DNA from: Octopus bimaculoides
Taxonomy: Eukaryota
Assembly (NCBI RefSeq): GCF_001194135.2
Contig: NC_068992.1
Location: forward strand, 33,727,103-33,791,102
DNA length: 64,000 nucleotides
Direction: 5' to 3'
Positions 24,719-36,904 of this stretch are shown here, in pieces. The stretch's first letter is position 1. Each line of letters begins with the position of its first letter. The position numbers and the translations under genes are program-made. Under the pieces are notes generated by a model. It made no database searches. It saw only the letters and a program-made list of their open reading frames with translations, and was not told the origin of the DNA.

Positions 24719-25780
24719 NNNNNNNNNNNNNNNNNNNNNNNNNNNNNNNNNNNNNNNNNNNNNNNNNNNNNNNNNNNNNNNNNNNNNNNNNNNNNNNNNN
24801 NNNNNNNNNNNNNNNNNNNNNNNNNNNNNNNNNNNNNNNNNNNNNNNNNNNNNNNNNNNNNNNNNNNNNNNNNNNNNNNNNNNNNNNNNNNNNNNNNNNN
24901 NNNNNNNNNNNNNNNNNNNNNNNNNNNNNNNNNNNNNNNNNNNNNNNNNNNNNNNNNNNNNNNNNNNNNNNNNNNNNNATATATATATATATATATTTAT
25001 ATACATACATATATAAACACATATGTAGACATATACACACACACACACACACACACATATATACATACATTCTTACACACACATATATCTACATGCATAC
25101 ATACATATGTACATACATACATACATACATACACACATACATACATATTCATACATGTATCCATACATACTACTCACAAGACACTTGTCATCTATGAAAA
25201 TATCTGTCAATGCTATAAACCCTGGACTGGGAATATAGATGACAGAGTTTAGTATTTAGCCATATATTACACCGAAGGATAGCATTGTAAATGTTTGTGT
25301 TTATTATGCATGCAGGTTAATGAAATATTCCAAAACTGAATGAGGTAAAGAGAGCAAGCCTACTTTGAAATGAATAATTTATTAAGATGAGGGTTGATTT
25401 GAAAATTACTAAGATTAAAGTTAATTGGAAAATTTTTAAGATTGGTATTGAGCGTGCTGTTTCAAAGATTAGCTCTGATAGATTTTCAGATAGTGTTCAT
25501 TGTAAAATAGCTCATGCATTTAACATTATATAAATGTTTTTAAAATTAATTTTTTGAACAGTCTGCTTTATATTTTTATGTACATGTATTTAGTTTCAAA
25601 CGATCTGATGAGTCATTGGCACCATTGACAAGTCCAGAAGATTTTTTAAACTCCTGATCAATGAGTTATTAGAGCAAAATTTGTCCACTCAAATATTTCA
25701 GCTCCACACACAATGTCTGAGTGGGAATAACACATTTGAAGTGACATTTGGCAAAAAGAAAATGTTCTTTCTGAAACAGT

Positions 25781-25814
<34 letters not shown>

Positions 25815-25818
25815 GCAT

Positions 25819-25851
<33 letters not shown>

Positions 25852-26740
25852 CATGCATATGTATGTGTGTAATTATGATTGCATGTCTGTGGGTGTGGCT
25901 GTGTATGATGAAAGCATCATATAACTATTGACAAACTTATCTTGGTGGAAACACAACAACAGAACATCAGTGTTTGTCAAAATAAGCAAATTGTAAATAT
26001 TCCAGAAAGTTGATCAAAATATCAGTATCTTATTATACAAGTTTTCATTGCGTCATTGAAATGTTAGAGTAAATAATCTATAGAAATAGTTAAAACATAA
26101 GAGGGTGGTGAACTTGTCTGCATTAAGAATATGTAGTACACTATCGATATTATAAAAGCATTGTCTTTGAGAACAGGTGTCATTTTGTTTATAATACATC
26201 ACAATTCTTAATAAAAGACTTGCTGCCAATTATTGAGTATATGTTCTAGAAGAGAGTTATCTTTTTTTATCTCTTTTTCTGAAGAAAACAGTAAATATAA
26301 ATGCTAAATAAAAGTTTGGTGGTTTAGAAAATATATTATCAAAGTGTTAATGAATTGAAATTCTCTTTTGTTTTAGTTTGCAACATTCTATTTGTCTAAA
26401 CATATTTATGTCATAAGTGTGGCAATCAATAAAATTGTTTATTATGCCCATGCCTGCAAACAAAGTTCAGATTTCTCCTATCAATTTTATGAAATTAATT
26501 ATTAATTTCTTGAAATTATTTTCCTTTCACTCTGGAAGTTTTTTGAGGTTTATATCTTTTTCCTTAAATTAAGAGAGAATTTACACGTACAAAATTTGTA
26601 TACATTATTCACTACATCACCTCTTAAATTATTAATTTAGATTAATGTCATTCACCGCTTGCGTTATTTCCCTTACCTAATTACATATTTTTTAATTAGG
26701 TAAATTTTTAGAAGCAAAAATTCTTTGTAACTGTTTATAG

Positions 26741-26772
26741 GTAAAAACTGCTGTCAACTTTTTAAAATAAAA
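26741..26772 (+). CDS. candidate micro-exon
   Basis: ctttgtaactgtttatag| ... |gtgagt; single open frame xKNCCQLFKIK, phase 1 to 0. Confidence 0.25.
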
Positions 26773-28899
26773 GTGAGTGGGCTCCATGAGGCTGATGAGT
26801 TCCAATAATACTGAAACTTGTCTACAGCTGCCCTCTTATTCATAAATATGGTATATGCATTTATTTTCTGAAATGAATTTTTAATTCCTTGGAATTTATT
26901 TCCTCTTTTCTTTGAGGATTGTAACATTTCCATTTTTTTTTTTTTCCGAGAAAAATATTTATTTAGTTGAAAATCTTTTTAGTACATCACCCAAAACTCG
27001 TTTGATTATTTATTACAACAGTCCTCCAGCATGAACATGGTTTCACTGGTTGAAATTTACTTTTCCTTACAAACAAAATACTCTATGTATAGAGTAAATA
27101 GTAAAGCTTCTCAACAAATCCTATTACCTTTTTTAGGCTCTTCTGTATCTCATCTCCCATATCCAGTACATGCTACTTGAATGATTCATCGTTACTGGGA
27201 CTGCATTACTCTGGAAGTTCATTCCTGCTAATATCATTCAAAGTGAACATGATTCACCTATATCTTACAACTATTGAAGAGCCTACAATGTGCTCCATCC
27301 TCTTACTAATTTATTTATATGTATTTTTAAAATGTCACTTTTATTTCTCAAGCTATAACTAATTTATATCACCAACAATGATAACAACCTCAAAAGAGGC
27401 CATAAAATATTATCCCACATCTCTTTATACATGACCTTGGTGTTTATAAAAATCAGTATTTATACTGTAACTTGTTTCTTTTTCCTCTTTTTTACTTTTG
27501 AGGAATTTCAATGAAATTATATATTTTATATTTTTAATGAAACGTTGGTACACTCAGAGAAAATATATGTAAACGAACTATTCATCAGCCATCGTAGTTT
27601 CCTGCAACATCTAGCAGCAGTTCCTAAACTTTTACCATTATGACACATTTATAGCAAATCAATAATCCTCTGTGACCTTTCACAATATTTAAACAAAAAC
27701 AATGAGTGCACTTAACATTTGACACTATTCTTTAGGAAATATTTTTCAGTTTTTATTTTCAACAAATGTTATGTTGTAACTCTCACACCTTTGACTTATT
27801 ATATAACATTTTTATGAACATTTTGCATTTTATGAAATATTTCAAAATTGAATGAGTTATTTTAATGACCCTTTCAGATTTATACCATGTCCCAATTTGA
27901 ATTTTGACCAGTACGTTGGAAACTGCAAATCTATATCATTAACCACATATACTATTAGCACTTAACTGAAATATAACAGTCATATAACACAATTATATCA
28001 ATATTTTTCTAGTTGTTTTAGATTTCTATATAATTGCATATCCTTGAATGTTTTATATTATTCACAACTATAGTTCTGAAAAACACAATCTGATTTTTTT
28101 TTCTCTATGGCACTAATGTAATTCACCAAGGTATTAACAAGATCCAACTTTAAATTCTCATCACCTCTTGTTTTTGATTCTTTTTTTATCTGACCATTGC
28201 ATCTGTCTCCAATTTTCATTGAAAAGCATAAAATATTCTTTACTCAGTAAAGGATCCATGCTCAAAAATTTTAATTTAATCAGATTGTTTTCCCTTTTAT
28301 ATGCTACATTAAGAAAAGAGCTGCATTATTTATGCATCAGCAAATTTTAATAAATATTTATACTATGTAAATGGAATTGATCAAGTCAGTTATCAAGTTT
28401 CCAAACAAGATACAGTTATCAATGATACACAAGTTTAATTCATTTAATGAGATTACTCTGAGCAATATACATGGTGCAATTTAAGCTCAATCTACAAGAT
28501 AATTATACAGAGCTCAGTAAGGCAAATAAATTATAATATTGAAAAAACTTATAACAATAAGTTACAATTTTCCAAAGTACCTATTTAAAGTTAGGTAGAT
28601 TTAGTTATCTCAAGTGAATTGTCTTAGCTATGTACACAGAGCAATGCTAGTCATGATATATGAAATAAAATTAAAAAATATACAAAGCTAAAAGAAGGAA
28701 GGTAGAACAAGAAGGAAATAGTAAAAGAAAAAGCAAGATGAAAAAAGTAATATAGAGCAAAAAATAAAGAAGAAAAGAAGGAAGAAAGAGAATAAACAGC
28801 ATTAGTTCCATGAAGATGTACAAATGGACTATGGATAAAAGATAAGTAAAGTAAATAAGCATCAAAGACAAACATGTTCTAGAGACATAAAAGTCAAAA

Positions 28900-29220
28900 T
28901 GAATAATAGAAGTTCTTACATCTTCACATATAACAGGCAATCAAAGTGCTCCAATAAATCCTATTCTTAGCTGTAAATCCTGTCACACAGCTTCATTGAC
29001 AGTTGACTAGCTATAAATCTCTCAATATTTCACTGCTAGTTCATCTTTGGCTTAACCATATTGGTTCGTAGATGGAAATAGAGTTCTAGTGATTTCAACA
29101 TTGTTTTGTGTGCTGTTGTATGCGTCATCGACAAATGTTGGATTTTCTTATCATGTTTCAGTTAGCAGATCTTAGTCACACTGACTGTGGAAAATTACCT
29201 TGGGACATCATCATAGGAGT
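28900..29220 (-). pseudogene. possible CR1/L2-type RT remnant
   Basis: VP(Q)G-like and FVDDA motifs on the minus strand; very degenerate. Confidence 0.3.
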
Positions 29221-29882
29221 TAAATGAGAACTAACATATCTAAAAATATGAGTAAAGGAATTTCTATTTACAAAAGTTACCTATGGAGTGAAGAAATGCT
29301 AAAGTAGATTTAATTAATAATGATAATATAGCAAAATAGCAACAACTCTGAAATTTTAATAAATAATGATATAGAATATGCATGCAGTGAAGAGTTAGAA
29401 AATGTTAGCTCAAGAACTAAAAGTTATTTAAACTGACTTTTGGTAAGCATGTTAGCAACCCCAGACTTGGTTCAGTATTCTTATACTTAGTCAACAGAGC
29501 AATAGCCTTTGCCAGTGCTTGCCAAATCACTTCTTTGACTAGACCAAATTTGATTAACATTTGTTATTGCACCCATATTTCTCTCTCCTCATAGCAAAGA
29601 TAATTTAAGCTAATTGAAATTTCTTTGCTCACTACATTATGTCAGCACTGACTCAACTATAGATCAAATATAGCTCACAGATACAAAATTCAGACTAATC
29701 TAAACTAATTTCTGATTGATTACTAGAACACAAGCTAATTTCTGATTGATTATCAATGAAAGCATATCAAATAAGGAATGACTTGTAAACAGCAAATATA
29801 CATAAGGCCAGTACTCAACTCTATGGTGTATAGCCTTAAACAAATATAAATATTCTTCTGGATAACATTTTGGATTATTCAG

Positions 29883-29933
29883 CTAATGCTGGAAGTTTGT
29901 TTGAAATTAATTGAACCGAATACTGTAAATCAA
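29883..29933 (+). CDS. candidate exon (51 nt, phase 0 to 0)
   Basis: ttttggattattcag| LMLEVCLKLIEPNTVNQ |gtaagt. Confidence 0.3.
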
Positions 29934-30394
29934 GTAAGTATTTTTACTTGTGTTTCTTCATATATATATACACATACATATATGTGTGTATAAATGTGTG
30001 CATGTGTGTGTATGAGTGTGTGTTCATATATATAAAGAGAACAAAAATAGCATTTTAAATTCTTGACAGCTGTTTCGGTAGAATATTATTGATGTATTCA
30101 TAGATTACATCATAATATATAATTCATCATCTTTAGGTAAAATTTTGAACAAGATGTCGACCAGGTGAGATTTCATACATCAAATATGATGAATTCAACA
30201 TCATTAGATAAGTGGTTCTATAAAGAATAACATTCATATTTATAGGAAAATTAGGTCTACCTTTAACAGGCATCAACATGTCATATCTTCATTGTTGTTT
30301 ACTTCACTATTAACTCTGTTACCATACCTAGCCATTGCTTGCATCTGAGTTGCTGATGTACCTAGGATCTATTGAATCCATACAACTAATTTAG

Positions 30395-30428
<34 letters not shown>

Positions 30429-30589
30429 GGGTATATAGATGTTTACATATGTATATATATATTCATACATACATACACACATATATATACATACATATAT
30501 ATATAATATATATATAAACACACACACACACATATATATACATACATATTTATATGTGTGTGTGTGTGTGTGTGTATACACATATATAT

Positions 30590-31000
30590 AAATCAAAGGT
30601 AAAAAACAACAAACGGAAATTGACAAAACATAACAAGCAGGAAAAGGATGATAGCACAACAATGGCAAACAGGACAAAACAAGATACATGGATCATTTGC
30701 AGCCAACTGCTTCATCAGTCGGAGTCTGGAATGTCTATGTAGTTTCATCCCATCCTCTGATACTTCTCGAAACCAGTTGGGCCAAGGGCTTAAGCTGAGG
30801 TCATTAAGCCCCTGAGCAAGGCAAATGAACGTACATATACAAACACAAGGAAATAACAAACAGAAAGGGTCTTTCAACTATCATACGAACGTAACATAAG
30901 AAATAGAACTATACATATATAATGGACAAAAGCCTTTCGGCTATATAACAAAAAAAATGAAACAAAGCAAACAGAGTCATTCGACTATCAAACGGCGTAG
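30590..31000 (-). mobile_element. Penelope-type non-autonomous repeat with a hammerhead-like motif
   Basis: Minus strand CTGATGA-A-GCAG-TTGG-CTGC-AAA at 30690-30718; inserted next to TA/TG microsatellites. Confidence 0.4.
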
Positions 31001-31222
31001 TAAGCTAGTGCAAGGAAAAAGGAAATGGCATTATCACTATCAATAACACTAGTAGTGGTGATATTGGTTGTATTGTGGTTATTAATATTAGTATTAGTGG
31101 TGATGCTATTAGTATCAACAATCTCCTCAGTTTTGGTTTTGATTTTTCATATAATATAATATGATATAATATATATATAATATATATGTATGCATATATA
31201 TGTATATATATATATATGTATG

Positions 31223-31277
<55 letters not shown>

Positions 31278-31424
31278 ATATATTTATGTGTGTATGTATA
31301 TATATTTATATTCTTCTTTTAGTTTCAGTCCAAGAACTGTGGCCATGCTGGAGCACTATCATTTCCTTTGCTACACTTTCACTAAACCTCCTCAGATGTG
31401 TGACATTTAAAGGATAAGAGAGGT

Positions 31425-31800
31425 TGACACTGCTGCCCTCATCTGTGTTTCTTGCCTTGAGGTAGGTTCATCCAGAACTCTTGACAAGGAAATCAAGTTT
31501 TGTTTTAAAAAAGCCTACAGCCATGCCATGCAAGTGTCTCAGGCTTTGTGGGAGGATATTGAAGAGTTGTGGACCTTTGAAGTCGAAGCTGTTGCAGTAT
31601 CTGGTTCTGTATCCTGATGGCAATGTTGGTACTATGCAGTGGCGACCTATCCTGCTGGTGACCTATACAGTGGTGACGTGTCCTGCTGCTTATGTAACTG
31701 ATAATGCCAAAGTTTGGCATAAATCTTTCTAGGATTTTTGAAAGTTTTCCAAGGACTTTCCATTGTTAAGGCTGAATCTAGGGATCTACATTAGAGTTCT
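31425..31800 (-). mobile_element. CR1-type LINE 3' end
   Basis: Minus strand reads PNFGI.SYI..RT.RHC...RIRTRYCNSFDFKGPQLFNILPQSLR...FFKTKLD. Confidence 0.75.
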
Positions 31801-31828
31801 ATTATGGCTGGTATATATTATATTGGAG

Positions 31829-32465
31829 GAAAAATCAAAACCAAAACAGAACGAGTATCTCAAGTCATTTAAAATAATGTGGTTAGGGTAAGGTGAATTT
31901 TAAGCCTTACAGCTGTTTCTGGGATAACCCAAGTGGTTGGTTAGCATGTCATTGCACTGGGCATTCTGTCATCAGAGACAAAGTATGAATATTTTAGACA
32001 GGGAAAATTTACAGTTTACAAGGAATAAAATAGAAGAATAAAGGAGCAAAGAGAAAAATAAAGGAGTAAATAGAAGAATAAAGGGTAAAGGTAGTTAGGA
32101 GAATATCGGCAGAAGAATAATGTTTACAGCTCATTTTATTCCAGAGGATAAGGGTGTTAGTTAGTACTTCCATGAAGGTACAGATCCTTAGATAAAATTC
32201 TAGGTAAATTCAGAGAGTATTTTGGCAATATTTACCTCAGATTTTAACTGAGGACCTACATTTACCTAGGATTTTATCTAAGGACTTGTACCTTCATGAA
32301 AGTACCGACCAGCATCCTGTACTTTCATGGAAGTACCAGCCAACATCCATAACCTACTGCTTGGGTTATCCCAGAAATGGTTGTAAGACTTCAAATTCAT
32401 CTTACCCTAATTAAATCATTCTGAATGACTTGAGATACTTGATCTGCTTTGGTTTTGATATTTCT
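31829..32465. mobile_element. foldback structure made of two inverted ends of a Penelope-type repeat
   Basis: 31829-31944 is the diverged reverse complement of 32349-32465; inner hairpin 32152-32209/32259-32316; same family at ~63540-63735. Confidence 0.75.
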
Positions 32466-32479
32466 TGTAATATGATATA

Positions 32480-32540
<61 letters not shown>

Positions 32541-32699
32541 GTGTATTTCTTCTATCTTAATGAATAAAAATTCTTCTGATAGAATAAATGGGTTAATAGA
32601 AACCAATGTAGCAAAGAACACAATTATATGCAATTATGCAATTATAACATGCGTTTCCTCCAATCCTTAAATTCTTATATATATATATGTATGTATGTA

Positions 32700-32830
32700 T
32701 GTAGTGAGAATTTATTAAAAACAAAAGACGAAGATGGGTATGTAAACAACAAACAGATGTATTAGTTTAATGCTCGGGAAGTGAGAAAGTCTTTTACATT
32801 TCAAGCCTATGCTCTTCGACAGAAAGGAAC
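32700..32830 (-). mobile_element. short Penelope-type repeat with a hammerhead-like motif
   Basis: Minus strand CTGTCGA-A-GAGC-ATAG-GCTT-GAAA-TGTA at 32795-32822; lies between TA/CA microsatellites. Confidence 0.45.
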
Positions 32831-32868
32831 ATATATGTATGTATGTGTATATATATATATATATATAT

Positions 32869-32928
<60 letters not shown>

Positions 32929-33146
32929 TATATTATATATATATAGATGTATATGTATATATGTATGTGTATAGATGTATATGTATACATGTATATGTGT
33001 AGATGTATATATATATATATATAGATGTACATGTAATATGTACACATATATATACACATATATACATGCATACATATATACACCCATACACACACATACA
33101 CATATAAGCATGCACGCACATATGCACACACACACACACACATACA

Positions 33147-33480
33147 TAGGTGCAGGTATGGCAGTGTGGTAAGAAACTTGGTTCAAAAACAAATGGTCTT
33201 GTGTTCAGTCCCGCTGTGTGGTGACCTGGCATGTGTCTTCTGCTATAGCCTCAGACCAACCAAAGCCTTGTGAGTGGATTTCGTACACAGAAACTAAAAG
33301 AAATCAGTCGTATATATATATGTATGTATATATGTAAATGTATGTGTGTGTCTTTGTCTCTGTGTTTCTCCCTCATCACTGCTTCACAACTGCTGTTCGT
33401 TTACTTACATCCCCATAACTTACTGGTTTGACAAGAAGAAACTGATAGAATAAGTAACAGGCTTATCAAAATAAAAAAAA
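33147..33480 (+). mobile_element. tRNA-derived SINE, family 2
   Basis: ggtgcaggtatggcagtgtggtaag...gtgttcagtccc...aaagccttgtgagtggattt. Confidence 0.8.
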
Positions 33481-33550
33481 GCACTAGGCAGTGTCCCATA
33501 TTTTTCTTTGCCCACTCAGTTGTATCTATAAATGTATCTTTGTGTGTGTG

Positions 33551-33615
<65 letters not shown>

Positions 33616-33699
33616 NNNNNNNNNNNNNNNNNNNNNNNNNNNNNNNNNNNNNNNNNNNNNNNNNNNNNNNNNNNNNNNNNNNTATAAGGATTTACTTTT

Positions 33700-34160
33700 C
33701 GTAATGAGATAAAAAAAAAACCAAGGCTGTGTATATTTTAGAATATTTATAAATAGAAGGTCTTTCAGCTGTTTCCAGGATATTTATTATATCCCTTCAT
33801 CTGAGATGGTGTGAGAGGATGGTTAAGCAATAGTTAGTTGAGATAAAATAGGAAATAGAGAGCGAATGCAGGGATATTGTATTTGTAAATCCATTGTTTA
33901 GGGAGAATGGTATACATATAAGATTCCAATACCTTGCGAGAAAAATCCAATAGTCTTTAAGATTGGACATTGCATTTGTAAATCCATTATTAAGATTCCA
34001 TGAACAAAATTCAACGGTCATTCCAAATACAGAGTTTATACACAGTGTTATTGAATCAAGGGTTCTGTTTAAAGTGACCAAAAAGTAGAGAATGTATTAA
34101 TAGGGTCAAATAGCACTTACTCAGCATTACCTGAAACCTCTGGGTCTAATTGACACCACT
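33700..34160 (-). mobile_element. Penelope-type repeat in (TA)n with a hammerhead-like motif
   Basis: Minus strand CAGATGA-A-GGGATAT-AATAA-ATATCC-TG-GAAACAGCTG at 33764-33802. Confidence 0.45.
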
Positions 34161-34613
34161 ACTGCTATATATATATATATATNNNNNNNNNNNNNNNNNN
34201 NNNNNNNNNNNNNNNNNNNNNNNNNNNNNNNNNNNNNNNNNNNNNNNNNNNNNNNNNNNNNNNNNNNNNNNNNNNNNNNNNNNNNNNNNNNNNNNNNNNN
34301 NNNNNNNNNNNNNNNNNNNNNNNNNNNNNNNNNNNNNNNNNNNNNNNNNNNNNNNNNNNNNNNNNNNNNNNNNNNNNNNNNNNNNNNNNNNNNNNNNNNN
34401 NNNNNNNNNNNNNNNNNNNNNNNNNNNNNNNNNNNNNNNNNNNNNNNNNNNNNNNNNNNNNNNNNNNNNNNNNNNNNNNNNNNNNNNNNNNNNNNNNNNN
34501 NNNNNNNNNNNNNNNNNNNNNNNNNNNNNNNNNNNNNNNNNNNNNNNNNNNNNNNNNNNNNNNNNNNNNNNNNNNCACACATACATACATGTATCTATAT
34601 GTGCATATTCACA

Positions 34614-35050
34614 TCTATTATATAAAAGTCAATGTCTTTATGTGTGCTTGTGTGCTATTAATACATTTGAAAACTACTGCACCGATCCTGATGAAATTTG
34701 GAACACAAAATCCAAGCCTAGGGAGAAGGGTAATGCTGTGTTTTTCATACAATTTCATGGACCAAAATTACTGAATGGATCATTCAATGCATAAGGGCGG
34801 GTATAATGCAATATGTTTGGTTTGAATTTGAGATGGCTTAAAGGGGGCGGAACACCCATGAAAATTCATAAATTTTTGATGTTGATGAAATTTCAACCAT
34901 GGGTAATTGACACACATCAAGAAGTATTCTCAAAGTTTCCACTTCTCATGAGGATTCTAAGACCCCCTAAGGGGTAGGGGCCTTAACTCCCAAATTTTAG
35001 TCATTTCTCATGATCCAAAACTAGGTCAAAAGTACTGAATAGATCTTTAT
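34614..35050 (+). mobile_element. non-autonomous Helitron-like element, 5' end
   Basis: a|TCTATTATATAAAAG start, followed by tgtgtg and accgatcctgatgaaatttgg. Confidence 0.5.
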
Positions 35051-35062
35051 GAAATTTTGAAA

Positions 35063-35290
35063 TTATATTCTATGCATAAGAGCATCATAGGAGCAATGTG
35101 TATCACTTACCCATTGAATGGAACAATCTGTACACTTTATAATTATATCCCATTTTCCAGTTTGTTCACCTGCTAGAATTATAGCAATCTCATTAGTCTC
35201 TGGTGCATTGAAACGCTGTGAATACTCAGTTGAAGGCCTCCCATCAGAATTGATCACCAATTGAAATTTTTGCTTTGTGTATTACTTGAA
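35063..35290 (-). pseudogene. Helitron RepHel fragment
   Basis: SQRFNAPETNEIAIILAGEQ..DIII...QWVSDTHCSYDAL matches the RRFNAP..EVA...RDI...SETHRSYDAL region. Confidence 0.85.
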
Positions 35291-35399
35291 ACTCCTGATA
35301 TAATTATTATTGTTATGCAGCATTTCTTGATTTTACCAATTGGTTTTGCACATGAGAGTTAGGGAATAAACCCAGTCCCAGGACTGATTCATCAGAGGG

Positions 35400-36300
35400 G
35401 CTGGTAAGTAGAGTATGATGAAAGCTTAATGCAAATGGAGGCCAGGAAGTGTCATGTCTGGTTTGTGAGTGTTGTGAAAAACCTGAATGAATAAAACAGA
35501 ATTTAAACTCAGAGGGGAACTTTATTAGAGTTATGCCCCTTGGATGAGGATCAGACAGTACTACCATGTAAGGGATAAATGCTTGAAGAGAAGTGTTGGG
35601 GCTGAGATGTGTGGTGGAAAGTGAGGATGGGGAAGAGTAGTCAATCTTGAAAATGATGTGTGGATATGTACATATATGTGTGTTTGTATGTAATAAGTTG
35701 TGACAAATATTGTGCCAAGCTTTCAGGCTGTGGCAACATGAACTGTTTATGGTGGAACCCCTGGTGCTTGTATTCATTGTGTGGTCTGCCAGTATCTGTA
35801 AATATATTTCTGTGCATGTGAGCAGGATCAGAAAATACTCACATGGTCAGGGACGTCTACTTGGATACTGGCAGATTGTACCATAACAATAACTGTTAGA
35901 GCTTCCCTCATCAGTGCTTCCCATCCTCACAGCCTGAATGTTCAGCACAAGGTTAATCACATCCAGCTTATACCATGCAAACTTACACATGGGCATACAC
36001 ATACATGTCCACAAATCCTTGTTTTTAAGACTTACTACCCTTCTCATCCTCACTTTCCACCAACTGGCACACTCATCTACCCCATCCCACCCACAACCTA
36101 GCCTCATCCCAACCTTCCGGACGTTTACTCCTTAGACCATGGTGGTGCTGTCTGATCCTCATCCAAGGAAAATAATTCTAACAAAGTTAGAGCTTTTCCT
36201 GATATGTTTTTATCCCATTCTTTTACATTTGAGCTTTTCACAACACCAGCAAAGCAGATATGACACTTCCTGACTTCTAGAAGCAAAGAACTATTATCAC
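35400..36300. repeat. head-to-head diverged copies of a probable Penelope-derived repeat
   Basis: 35400-35780 (-) aligns with 35900-36290 (+): catcctcactttccacc, ctgtctgatcctcatccaagg and atgacacttcctg. Confidence 0.7.
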
Positions 36301-36538
36301 TGTATACTTACTACCAGTCCTTCTGACAAGTCCCAGGATTGCTTTTTTTCTCAAATTCCTGTGTACAAAACTGATGGTTAAAATCAGTTGAAACGGATTT
36401 GTAATACAGTATTGTACCAATGTTAATATACCTACTCAATTCACCAATGCATGAGTGACTATATTGCCTAACTTGTAGATTCTTAGGTGACTATATGCAC
36501 ACACACAAACACACATGCATGCATGCGTGCATGTGCAT

Positions 36539-36584
<46 letters not shown>

Positions 36585-36606
36585 CGACCCACATACATAC
36601 ACATAT

Positions 36607-36772
36607 AGATGAATATATTATTGAGACATCCTTTTACAGACAGATTCCCTTCCTGTTCCTAATTGTTATTTGTTCTTCAAGTGAGTAGGCTCTTATTTCA
36701 CTCATCTATGAAGGCACAAAGTGAGTGGACAAATTGTTGATAGGAGAATTAATGACAACAACTCTGCTCACA
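36607..36772 (+). repeat. direct repeat copy 1, exon-like
   Basis: Aligns with 38921-39079; open frame EYIIETSFYRQIPFLFLIVICSS|gtgagt. Confidence 0.85.
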
Positions 36773-36904
36773 TTGACTCTCATACATTGCAAATGCAAAC
36801 AAACAGATATGTGCACATTTGCATACACATGTACACACACACATGTAAATACATACATACATACATACATACATTCATGTAAGAATCTAGATTTTTGACC
36901 TTGC

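Noticed and set aside
25606-25650. CTGATGAG-TCA...TGAC hammerhead-like start
   Set aside because: No GAAA and no stems I or III.
26793-26830. CTGATGAG...GAAAC spacing
   Set aside because: The intervening sequence does not form stem II.
27878-27910. Exon-like segment with a gtacgt donor
   Set aside because: Its phase is incompatible with neighbouring candidates and it probably lies in a MITE; it illustrates the chance hit rate.
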